From the human T2T-CHM13v2.0 reference genome, Homo sapiens: a stretch of DNA of 64,000 nucleotides. The notes below the pieces were generated by a model. The model was not told the DNA's origin. It worked only from the letters and a program-made list of their open reading frames with translations, and ran no database searches. The DNA lies in NCBI RefSeq assembly GCF_009914755.1, contig NC_060933.1; one strand, given 5' to 3'. This document shows, one piece after another, positions 25,925 through 37,810 of this stretch (the first letter of the stretch is position 1; every line of letters begins with the position of its first letter). The translations under genes were made by a program, and so were the position numbers.

Positions 25925-26938
25925 TCCCGTGCCAGCCCTGCCAGCTGGGGGACCAGCCTGAGGCCCCCAGGCCCCTGGGAGGCAGCCCGAGGGAGCCCCA
26001 TAGCCTTGGCTCCACCCCGGAGACACGTGGCTCTCAGAGGTACTCGCAGCACCCAGGTGGGAGTGCCGCCCAGTGCCTCAGTTTCCCCAGCACTCAGGCA
26101 GAGCTGGGAGGACAAAAGCAGATCCTTTTAGCCCATCTGAAAAAAGGAAACCAGGGCCCAGGAAACTCTGCAGCCCTGCGGCTTGAGCAATGTCCTGTCA
26201 CTCATTCCCCACTGCCAGGAAACCCGGGCTTCTGGGGCCTGGCCCACGCATGGGGCTTCTCCAGGGTGACCTTCCCTGGGGCTCCATGCAGAAGGGTTTG
26301 GGGGACTCCTGCAGATGGTGAGTAAATGGGGTCGGGGCTCTGAGGCAGGGCATGGGTTGAATGACTTCGAGGTCAGGCCAGGGGTTCCAATCCTAGCTCC
26401 CAGCCACCTCCTGTGTGCCCCTGGGCAAGTTCCCTTCCCTCTCTGGGCCTCATTACTAATCTGTGAGGTAAACCTTGGAGTGGATTCTTAGCGTATTTGA
26501 TCCTGAGGGCCCCACTCCCAGGATGGGGGAGCAGAGAGAGGGCTTCCTGCCTTCGTCTCTCAAAAATTTGCCTTTTCCTCCCTAGGGACCTATGGCCCTA
26601 GAACTCCCTCAGCATTCTCCTCCATTGCAAACCCGGAGAGACAGGTGAGGCTGGGACAGGGTGGGCCGCACAGGGCTCTGCCAGGGGGCTGGCAAAGCCA
26701 GCAGGCAAAGTCGGGAAGCCACAGGGCCTGGGTAGGGCCGGGGTGGGGGCTTCCCGGGGATCTGTTTCTCTGTTCTTGGGCTGAAGGGCCCAGGGAGGGG
26801 GAGCTGCTGGCGGCAAGCTGGCAGAGGCCCCTATAGCCAAGGGTCCCCAGGGCAAGGGGCAGCAGAAGGAGTGGGGGCCACCCCCGTGACAGCCCCTCTG
26901 TCCTCAGGCTGTGGAACTGACAGCGTTCAAAGCTTCAG
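25925..26938 (+). CDS. ADGRD2: ADGRD2 candidate cytoplasmic-tail exons 25925-26039, 26219-26317, 26586-26644, 26908-26938
   Basis: Each has a pyrimidine tract plus AG and a GT donor; phases 0-1, 1-1, 1-0, 0-1 chain without stops. Confidence 0.55.
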
Positions 26939-27227
26939 GTACAGTCCCCACCTCACGGGGTCCCCTCTTTTCTTTTTGGGCCTGGACACCCCCTAAGCCC
27001 CCCGTACCAGGATGGAAGTGATTTCAAATTAATACGCCCAACCTCCCGCAATTGCAGAGGCCCTCCCCTCACTCCACAGGTCCCCTGGGAGCACTGGGGG
27101 CCTGGCGGGGACCAGGCAGTACCCCTTGGGAGGACTTCATTAGAGAGTAGGTCATGGAACCCTATTCTGAGCGGGCGCTGCCAAGAGCACAACCTGCCTC
27201 CCTCTGTCCTCCCCTCTCTCTGCCCAG

Positions 27228-27329
27228 GGGGGCGCTGCCAAGGAGCACAGCCTGCCTTTCTCTGTCCTCCCCCTCTTTCTGCCCCCTAAGCCCAGCACCC
27301 CCCGTCACCCTCTGAAGGCCCCGGCCTGA
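27228..27329 (+). CDS. ADGRD2: ADGRD2 alternative terminal coding exon (GGAAKEHS...LKAPA*)
   Basis: Acceptor at 27227, phase 0 from the 25868 donor, TGA at 27327-27329; matches the GPR144 C-terminus as I recall it; lies in a tandem duplication. Confidence 0.45.
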   Translation, partial: GGAAKEHSLPFSVLPLFLPPKPSTPRHPLKAPA

Positions 27330-27849
27330 TGCCCTAGGATCCAGAGCCTTCCAAACCCGCTGAGGGAGAAGTGCTTTCCTCCAAGGCTGCGGGTCACCAG
27401 CTGGACAGCTGATGGGGGCATGACGGGGGCTGAGCAGTGGCAGGGTGGGTACTGTGGGAGGGTGAGGACACCCCAGCTCCGGCTCAGGGAGAGGACTGAA
27501 GCCTGGGGAGCTCAGCCGGGCCCAGGGGAGCCATGCGGACCCTGACCGCTGGCCGCCTCCCTGAGGGAGCACTCCATCTGAAACCCACACGCCTCAGCCT
27601 CCGCCAGGTGACTGTTTCCAGCGAAGGCAAGAGCGCTGTTCACCAGGCCCCTCCCAGGGGCAGGTTCAGTGCTCAGCCCAGGCACCCAGTGATTCTGATT
27701 CAGAGAGGGGGAGGGGGAGGTGCCTTTCTCCACCCATTGCGCGGATGAGGAAGTTGAGGCACAGAAAGGCGCAGCCGCTAGCCAGAGCCCGCACAGAGCC
27801 AGAGCCAGGTCCCCACTGGCGCAGATGGGGGACTGCAGGCACAGCAGTA

Positions 27850-28350
27850 GCCACGCGGGTGTAAACGTAGAGCCGCGTGAACCCGGGTTGTGGGATCCCA
27901 GGCCCCGACCAGCCCCCATCCCCGGCTGGCATCTCGGTCCCGGGGAGTCTCAGCTTCCCTTTCTGCAGAATGGGCTGGAGGCGCCCCCCACAGGCCCGCC
28001 CAGGCGCCCCCCGGGGCCAGCGCCCCTCCCCCACCTGCCCCGCCCCCACCCGCGGGCGCCGCGGCTGCAGGAACAAGAGAGCGGCGGCGCCTCTGCGCTC
28101 AAGTGACGGCGCCTTTGTCTCCGCTGAATGGGTGCGTTGCTAGGGCCGCTCGTAGCAACAGAGCAGCTTCCACCTGGGCCCCACCCTCCGGACCCCCCAC
28201 CCGGCCCGGCTCTCCGGACGCCCCCGCTTCCAGCCCCGACCCCACCCCGCGGGCCACTCAGCGGCCCGAGCTGGAAGCGCGGGGCAGCGGAGGCTGCCGG
28301 GCTGTGTCCTTCGCGGGGCCGCCACCGCCCCTCCTGAAAGGCCGCGGAGC
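27850..28350. promoter_or_regulatory. CpG island near the ADGRD2 3' end
   Basis: Dense CpG and GC boxes, with RFX-like and CTCF-like motifs. Confidence 0.7.
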
Positions 28351-28509
28351 CCTCAGGGCATGCGGATGTTCCGAGGATGGAGAAGCTGAGACTCACAGCG
28401 AGGACGGGCCAGGGTCTCCCCAAGCCTCAGTTCCCAGAGCCCTTCCATCCCCGGGTTCTCCACCAGGATCCTCTGCCAGCCCAGCCCCAAGGGCGCACTT
28501 TCCCACCAG

Positions 28510-28810
28510 GTTTCTAGAGAGTGGCTGGGAAACTCGTCGCCAAACCCTGCCCAGCTCAGCTCTGCTGGGACCCCAGACCCCAGAACGGCGCAGCGGGAGT
28601 CCCTGAGCCCCAACAGCGGCCCCAGCTCCCGTGGCCTCAGCCTCTGGCTTTCCCTAAAGGACTGTGGGCCTCAGCCCCCTGTTCCCCTAGCCCACCAGGT
28701 CCCCAGGCTCTTTCCCCCAGTCTTTGCCTATCTGTGATCTGCTCCTTCCCCCATGCTCCGAAGTTCCAACGGGCTCTGCCGTGTCTGGTAATAAATAGGA
28801 CTGTTGGGCT
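28510..28810 (+). other. ADGRD2: Candidate ADGRD2 terminal exon (coding 28510-28517, then 3'UTR with AATAAA 28790-28795)
   Basis: Acceptor CTTTCCCACCAG|; G+GT TTC TAG closes the frame from 26938; canonical polyA signal; cleavage site approximate. Confidence 0.55.
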
Positions 28811-31482
28811 CTCCTGTCCTCTGGGAGTCGTCCTGGCCTGGGCAGAGGGAGGGGACGCCAGGCCCTCTGGGAGGAGGGAGGAAACCAGAGAAGCTGCCAC
28901 TTGGCTTTGGGACTCCAGGGCCTCAGCCTCATCATCAGGGTAGGCGCAGCCAGCATTTATGAGCGCTTGCTGTATCCCTGGACGGTGCTGAGCCCTTTAC
29001 CACCTTAGAGTCATGGATCCTCACCGCAGTCCTGAGCCGCCATCACTCCTGCTGTGCAGAGGAGGACACAGGCTCATACCACTCAGGCCTGGGGTCTCCC
29101 AGGCCCTGTAGCACAGGGGGCAGGGGTGACGGTTGGTGTGAGTGGGGGCCACCCAGGCAGACAGCTCACAGGTAAGTTGTGAGTCTGGATACCTCCAAGT
29201 CACACCATGGAACCAGGACCTGCTGCCACAGTTGTGTGGCTGTGGGCAAGGTCGTTCTGAATCTTGGTCTCTTCTCAGTAGAATGGGTTTCGGAGCAGGG
29301 AGGGGAGCAAGGATGTGAGGGCTCTGCACCAGGCCTGGTGCCAGGGTGGACCCCAAGGCTGGCAGCAGGGAAATGAGGGCCCAGACTCTGGGAGTGGGGG
29401 CACCCAGGCAGCCAACACTGTCCTGCCGATGCCAGCCTGGCTCACATCTTGCTGGGGCCAGGTGACAGGTGACACAGCATAGCCAGGACCTCCAAGCAGC
29501 TCCCGGGAGGTGGGGCAGGGCTGAGTGAGAAGCAGCCGAGACCCAGTGAGGCACGCACAGCTCCCAGAGGCCTCCAGCTTCCACGCTGGACCCTGCCTGG
29601 GTTGAGTCCGGGACAAAATCTGTCCAGGGTGCTGGCCCCACCCACACAGGTACAGGGCCCAGGTGCTTCTTGCTGAGGATGGCTGCGTAGCCTCACGATG
29701 CCCCATCCGTCTTCTGTCGAATGGGGGACATCATACTCACCCAGCGGGTCATGTGAGGGGTCCGCGCAGTCCTGCACTTGGTTCCTGGCACGGCCCTCAG
29801 CAAGCACTCAGAGTGTCAGCTGTGGCCCGAGACAGATGTTCGGGGCTGTGGGGGCCAGAGCCTGTGCCCCAGAGGACGTTCAAGGCCTTGAAGGCGCCAG
29901 GCTGGGGAGGCAGTCCAGAGAGAAGACAGCATGGCTCCGTGGGGCCAGCAGAGCCCCTGCCCTGTGCTGGGAACGCTGGGCCAAGTGCGGCACTCTATCC
30001 TCAGCGGGGACAGGAGGGGCGGGACGCTGAAGGGGCAGCAAGGAGGCAGGCAGGGCACTTGGTGGCCCCCCGACCACCTACATCTCAGCATCTTCACCTT
30101 CAACAGGCTCCTGTCTCCTCAAAAACCCATCATATGGGCTGTGGGGAAGGGGACAAAGGTGGGACCAAGGGGTCCTTTCCCATCCCCCACCTCCCTCCAT
30201 TCCATATCCCTCTTGTCCCCTATACACACCCTCTCTTTACTCTCCAGCCAGAGTAACTTCTCCTAGATCCCCAGACACGGTGGCTGATACCCCTCCATCC
30301 TTCTGCTCACACTGTTCCCTCTGCCTGAACTGTCCCCAGCTCCTATCTAGCTGGTGAACTCCTGGGCATCCTTCAAAACCCAATTTGGATGACACCTCTG
30401 CTAAAAAGTATTCCTGTTCCCCAGACCCATCTCTCCCAGGAGCAGGGTCAATCACTTCCTCACCTTGTCTGTCTCAGGCATATATGCAGTATCACATCAG
30501 ACTACAGTCTGGTTTAAGATAGTCTCCGCCTACAAGACTGGACATTGCCCAGGGCAGGAACTAAGGCATCTGCAGGTGCCAAGAAGAAGAGGGACACCTT
30601 TTTCTTTGCATAAAAGCCACTGCCAAACTGTGTGCCTAGGGCTGCATCACCTGAGAGGGAACACGTTTTTCTAATTTGCATGAAGCATCTGGAGGCCGGG
30701 GGTGACCCTGGAGAAGAACTAGTCAAGTTAGTCAAAATGGATCAGGACGATGGAGCTTTGTACCATGGCTGTGCCGCTTTTAGCTGTGTGACCTTTGGCA
30801 AGCTGCTTGGGCCCTCTGTGCCTCAGTTTCCTCATCTGTAACCTACAGAAGTGGCTTCAAAGAGCAGTCAGTGTGCCCAGATGAGGCGGGAAGCACTAAG
30901 CAGGGGGCCTGGAGTGGAGGAAGCCTCAGATGGCGGCGGTGCTCACTGCCGCCACCACGTGGGGCTGGGGAGGAACCTGTGAGGGACGTGGTGGGGCAGA
31001 CAGGAAAGGGCAGGGCTCTGAGGGGTCTGGTCTCCCAGGTCTGTGGCTCATGGGCCCTTGGCAAGTGCCTTCCCCTCCTAGAGTATAACCCCTGCCTCAC
31101 AGGGCTGCTGCGGGGACAGTGAGATGAGGGTGGCACACAGTAGGTGCCCCTTAAATGGCTGCTCCTTCTGCCCCAAGATGGGGGCTGAGCTGGCATGGCC
31201 AGCATGCAACAGGCAGAGAGGCTACAGCATCCCCCTGGCCTCCCAGTGCCTCAGGGTCCCAGGGATGAGGTGGGTCCCAAACCCCAACAGTGCCTGGTGT
31301 CCCCCCACCCGGCCCCGCCACCCACCTGCCTCCTCAGAGTTTTGAAGCAAAGAGGGTCTGCGTGCCACCTCCATCCAAGTCAGAGCGCTGCCCCAACCTA
31401 GACCACCCGGAATCCACCCGGGCCGTTCTGCTTTGGCCCCAGAACGTACACAGGCAAAGGTAGCTGGAAACTAATTGCGAAA

Positions 31483-31488
31483 TTTATT
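31483..31488 (-). terminator. NR5A1: NR5A1 polyadenylation signal AATAAA
   Basis: TTTATT on +, about 1.5 kb past the stop codon. Confidence 0.8.
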
Positions 31489-32986
31489 CCAGGGCTGTGG
31501 GGGCTGGGGTGATCCTTAAGGGCACTTCTCGTTTCAGGGCTGTGGGTCTCCGGCCTTGGCAGGGGCACATGTTTCAGGGGGCGGGGAGGGGAGGTACTGA
31601 GACAGGGTGGCGGGAGGCGGGAGGCAGGAGGCAGGGGTGCCCAGTCTCCTCCAACTGGGCAGGCTCAGCACAAGCTGCAACAGTAACATGAAAGCGGGAC
31701 GGACAGCAGGCACCCCGCCGGGGACAGGAGACAGCCGAGGCCTCTCCCTGGTGCTTCACCCTGCAGAGTGTCCTTCATGACCTAGGACAGGGGGTCAGGG
31801 AGCTGAGGGCCAGCTTCATGGGTTTGCAGCAAGGGACCCAACGGGTTGGAGCCACAGAGAGGGGATCAACAGCGCTATCCCTGATCTACAGGCCCGTGCC
31901 CCCTCCCAAGTTCACTTGCATTCCCACCCACAGAGACCTGAAGCCCCCAACAGGGCATCCTGCTGTTCACCTAGTGGGTGGAGGGCGGGCAACAGCGCTT
32001 CTCTGGATTGGGGCTGGGGCTCAGAAGTAATGACCCAGCACCACCCCAAGGGTACTTAGTAGGCGAGTGTCCGGGGAGAAACCGTCAGCTGTACTTAGTG
32101 GCAATCCCCAAGCCCCAGCTTCAGTCCTCAAATCTGTCCCCTTCCCTCCATCACACACACATTTCAAGGAGTGTCTAGAAGCTTAAAAACAAAAAGCGGG
32201 GAGAAAAACCTCTTGACTACAACCTTGCAGATAAATACCAGCCTGGGAGGGCCACCTCTGGGTGGGGCTAGGATGTCGATTGTACCAAACGTTCTCCTTG
32301 GGTGGGAGAGGGAATCAGTGATGCCTGGAGCAAAGTTTTTTCCCGATGATGTATCAATGCCCCCTCTTGCAGAGGTCAGGTGGGGTAGAAGGGCTAGGGA
32401 GAAGGTCTTTTTGTCCTAACCAGTCTCCTAGTGTCCTCTAGGGCCCAATAGCCCCTCTCAATTTAGCAAACTCGGTTATCCTTAGTTTACAAAACAGAGG
32501 CTCTCCCTCCTGGTCTCTATGGGGGGAACACTGGAGACCCTCTCTCCTCCCCTAGTTGATACCTGCTCAACTTCTCCCTGTCTGTTTCCAGGAGAGGAGG
32601 AAGGGATGACCTCTGATCCAAGGGACGTCGAGGCCCACCAGGGAATCCCGAACCTCCTCCCCGGACCTGCAGGCTTCAGACTCCAGGAGAGAGAGCTGGG
32701 AGCAGGGAGGGGGCGGGGCGGGTGGTTAACAGCCACCTCCTTGGGGCACTCCAAGCAGCAGGCAAGTGCCAGTGGCCACTCCACCTCCGCCAGGCCCTGC
32801 CCAGCCTCACCCACCTTCCCAAACACACAGTGTCAGAACTCAGGGGCAGCGGCCTCTGGGACGGGGCTGGGGCTCCTCGGTGGGCATCAGAAAATGAACC
32901 ATGCGGAGCCAGCGGTGTGGCTGCGGCCCCGCCCAGGCCCCGCCCCCAGTCCCGCCCCCAGTCCCGGCCCCGCCCCCGGCCCAGGC

Positions 32987-33560
<574 letters not shown>

Positions 33561-34157
33561 ATGAACAAGAATTATGAAGCCCATCACCAGCCTCCCTCGG
33601 GGAGGATCCCTGGGCAGTTATTGAACCTCTCGGTCCCCCATCTGTAAAATGGGCGTGACGACAGTACCAACTTCACAACCTTGTCCTGAGAATTTAGGGA
33701 GCCGCTGTGTGGAAAGTGCTCTGAAGAACAGTGTCTGGCACGTGAGAAGCTCGGTGGGTTGGGTTAGCTGGCACCACAATAATGCCATCACAATGGGAGC
33801 TGCTCTCACCGCCGTCATGGCCAACCATTGCTGCCATAACCAACACCATCCCCCTGGCACGATCAAAGCCATCTTGTCTCCATCATCACTGATGCCTCAT
33901 CTCCATGACCGTTGCCATCCGCATCCCCACTCTGCCACCATCACCACTGTCACCCCATCAGCACCACGCCCACAGAGGCGCACTGTGGGTGGGAGTATCC
34001 CATCTCATGCTGCAATGCAGGAGGACTGGTGGCCCCATTCTAGAGGACAGCTGGCATGTGCTTTTAGTCTCCCCTATGACCAACAGACAGGCTCCAGTAC
34101 CCCCAGGAAGGACTCTCATGGGGCCATGGGGGAACATGCACATTCACTGCAGGAGTG

Positions 34158-34500
34158 CAGATGCGCTGACATCCTGGCTAACCTATCGCAAGCTGAAAAT
34201 ATCGTAAGTCAGAAGGCATTTACTATGCCTGACCTGCTGCACATCACAGCCTGGCCTACCTTAAATGTGCTCAGACCACATTACCCTACAGTTGGCAAAA
34301 TCACCTGACGCAAGCCTATTTTACAATAAAGCGTTGAACATCTCATGGGGTTTACTGAACACCATGCTGAAAACGCAAAACAGAAGGGTTACATGGGTAC
34401 TCCAGGCATGCTTTCTGCGGAATGCATGTTTTTCAACTTCTACACCACCGTAAAGTCAAAAAATCCTAAGCCAAAGCTCATGAGTCAGGGGCCATCTCTG
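34158..34500 (+). mobile_element. MER47-like Tigger DNA transposon
   Basis: GAAAATATCGTAAGTC...CCTACCTTAAATGTGCTCAGA...CGTAAAGTCAAAAAAT resembles the MER47A consensus as I recall it. Confidence 0.65.
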
Positions 34501-34633
34501 CTCATGGTGGCAAGGAGGGGGCCTGGATGGCCACGTGGTGACCGCACCCCAAGGAGTCGTGTGCAATAGGCAGAAGTCAGGGAGCCCACACAACGCAGGG
34601 CAAAGCCTGGGACTGAGCGGAAAACAAAAATCA

Positions 34634-35010
<377 letters not shown>

Positions 35011-37419
35011 GCTTGTACACAAAGCAGACGTGCCATGGGAAGACAGGGGCAAACAGGACGACCCGCATTAAACATCAAGGAAGGGCTCCCTTTGGGGAGG
35101 GGTGGAGGGGGTTTGGCTCTGCATGCACCAATGATTGAACAGAGGAGTGCAACTGATGTGTCCGCCACACCCGAGGTGCAGTGAAGAGACAGAAAGTAAA
35201 ATGTCTTTGGAGTGAGACAAACGTGGATTCGAATCCCAGCCGCTGCTGAGGTGCAATGCTACCTGCCCCGCCCCGACTTGACCAGCCTTCCTCCTCCCTG
35301 GAGGGGGAGAGCCAGGGTCAGTTTCTTGTCACCCAAGTTCCTGTCACAGCTTGCAGGCCTCTTTCAGCTCCTGGGCAGCATTTCTAGGAGGTGCCCAGCC
35401 TGGGGGCACAGGGTCAGCAGGAACCCACAGAATCTGTCCCCAGGCCTCAAATTCTAGCCTGGCCTTGCCTGGGATGGGGTGACCAGTGGCTCAGAAAATG
35501 GTCATCCACCCACTTCTCCTCCACCCCATCACCCCCAGCCCTGCAGCTGCGGGGGCGTCCAGAGGCAGCATGTGCAGCCCTGGCCCCCTAATCCCCCTTA
35601 ACACCCGCTGCACCAGGAGAGCGCCACGCTCCTGGCAACCCTGATCCCTGGCCGCCCCCAGCGCGCCTGCTGAGGCCTGTGTTGTCCAAAGTCGGATTTA
35701 GGGAAACCCGAGCTGGGCCCGGGGGTGGACGGCAGGACCTGGCCTCCATCCTCCCAGCCCAGCCCAGGCTCCTCACCCTCCCTTCTGAAGCGAGCCAGGA
35801 GCACTTTCTTCCTCACTTCCCCAGGGTCACCACTAACCCTGAAGGCACCTTTATGCCAATTACATGGAAGTTCCCCATTGTCCAGAGAGATGCTGCTATA
35901 TCCATCCCAACGCCTCCTGGCCCAGGTGCTCTTGTGCAGTGAATGACCTGCCCAACTGTATGGAACAGCCCTACTCCCTAGCCTGGGCTGCCCCAGACAT
36001 ATTCAAAGGTCATGGGAAGTCATGTCACCTAGCTGAGCTCCTGCTGGCCCCATCCCTGTCCCATCTGCCTTCGCTCCCCACCATCCTGGGCTGAGCAAGT
36101 CTCCTGACATTCTCTTCTGACAATTCATAATGGGGGTCCGGAGGGGGACAGGGACCAGCTCAAGGCCACACATCAGTAAAGGGTCCTGGAGGAAGCAGCT
36201 GGAGTGGGGAGGACCGGCCAGGATACCGCAGTAGGGGCAGGGGCGGGAGGGGGCTGGGGAAGACCAGGGCCTCGGCTTTACCGGGATTTACTGTTCTCAG
36301 CAGCACTGCGCCAGGGACACCGAAGCGGGGGTGCGGGGGTGGGTGCAGAAGGAGGACAGGTTTCAGGGATGCCCCCACCCCCAGCAGTTCTATGGCTTCC
36401 CAGCTCTCAGCAGGTTGGAAACCCCCGACTGCCCCCAGAGGTCAGCCACAGGGCCGGGGGAGGGAAGCACAGTCGCTAACGGAGCCTCAGTGGCTACAGT
36501 CCAGAAGCCCAGACCCAGTTTCCCGGGCACCCCCCAGGCACCTTGCACCCAGCTCGGTTCATCTCAGCAGACATCCAGACAGGCAGGGCAGTGCATCCCC
36601 AGGGCTCAGGGAACCAGGGCCCCCTCAAGACACACAAGGTGCCAGAGCCTGGATTCAAACCCAAGTCTCTCTGACACCAAAGCCCAAGTCTCCCATGATA
36701 GGCAAGCAGGACTGGGGCCCCCTGCCCAGGAGCTGGGTCAAGCTGGGATGCATGTTCCTGTGGGATTGGACATAACTTTATGTCCCATGCCATCCATGAG
36801 TTCTGTCCGAGATCCCCCACCCCTGGGGTTCTAGGATTCCCCCAGAGAGGCTACTCTGGACTCTAGACTTGCCTTCCTCCTCATCTGGAGACCTTGTACA
36901 AGTCACTCCCCTTCCCCAAGCCTCCCTGAACCCCCAGTCTCTAAAGAGATCATTGTGAAGATTCCAGTGGATAACACATGTGACGGTGCCAGCAACGCAC
37001 AGAACACCACACCGTTCTTCCAGCAGACACGGGAGCGGGGTCAAACAAACCTGGAGACGCCCCCTTCATGTGTCAGGGGTTCAGATCCCGGCTTTACAAC
37101 CAGCTGGGTGACCTTGGGCAAGTCACTTCCCCTCTCTGAGCTGCAGTTTCCTGTCATCTGCACAACAGGGGAAAATTCATCTCTGCCTCACAGGGTGGCA
37201 AGGAGCTGGCTCTCATCTGCATGCCCAGCTCTGGGCCCTGGGCGCCCGAAGGTTGGAGACCGGCATGTTGGAGAGGAGCCTGCGCCCCGCAAGCCCGCTC
37301 AGCTCCCGGCACTCGCGGAGGTGGAGGTCGGAGGGAGCTGGGAGATGGAGCCCCCACCTCGGAGAGCAGCCCGCTAGCTCTGCAGAGCTGGGGGCCCCCA
37401 GGTTCTCAGAAAAGCCCCC

Positions 37420-37810
37420 TTTTCATGGTTTAATTGAATATTTGAATAATCCTTTCATTCCAGCGAGGCATAAAGAATGTTGTCCCAATAGCGGTAACTC
37501 AGGCAGGCGCCCCCGCGCACAATGGCCCCTCGAGTGGGGCTGCTATTCAGGCCGCCTTTTGTTGGCGCGGAGCAGTGGGTAAATTGCAAACGCTTAAGGG
37601 AATGCTGCTGCCGCCGCCTCAATGGAAGTCAGGAAATCGAATGTTAGGTCAATCCATTAAGCTTCGATTAAGTCCTCGGCAGAACAATGCCAGCCGGGCC
37701 CATCTTCATAAATACCGTGATTGCCAGGAGAGAGGCACTAATTTTAATTAAACCTCCTTACCTGCCTCCGCGCCCTCCCGAGACGGCTATTTAGACACCA
37801 AATGGCACCC
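37420..37810. promoter_or_regulatory. Candidate NR5A1 intron-6 enhancer (VMH-type)
   Basis: Non-repetitive block, locally more AT-rich yet retaining CpGs, with many TAAT/ATTA and ACAAT motifs; a VMH enhancer is established in mouse Nr5a1 intron 6. Confidence 0.55.
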
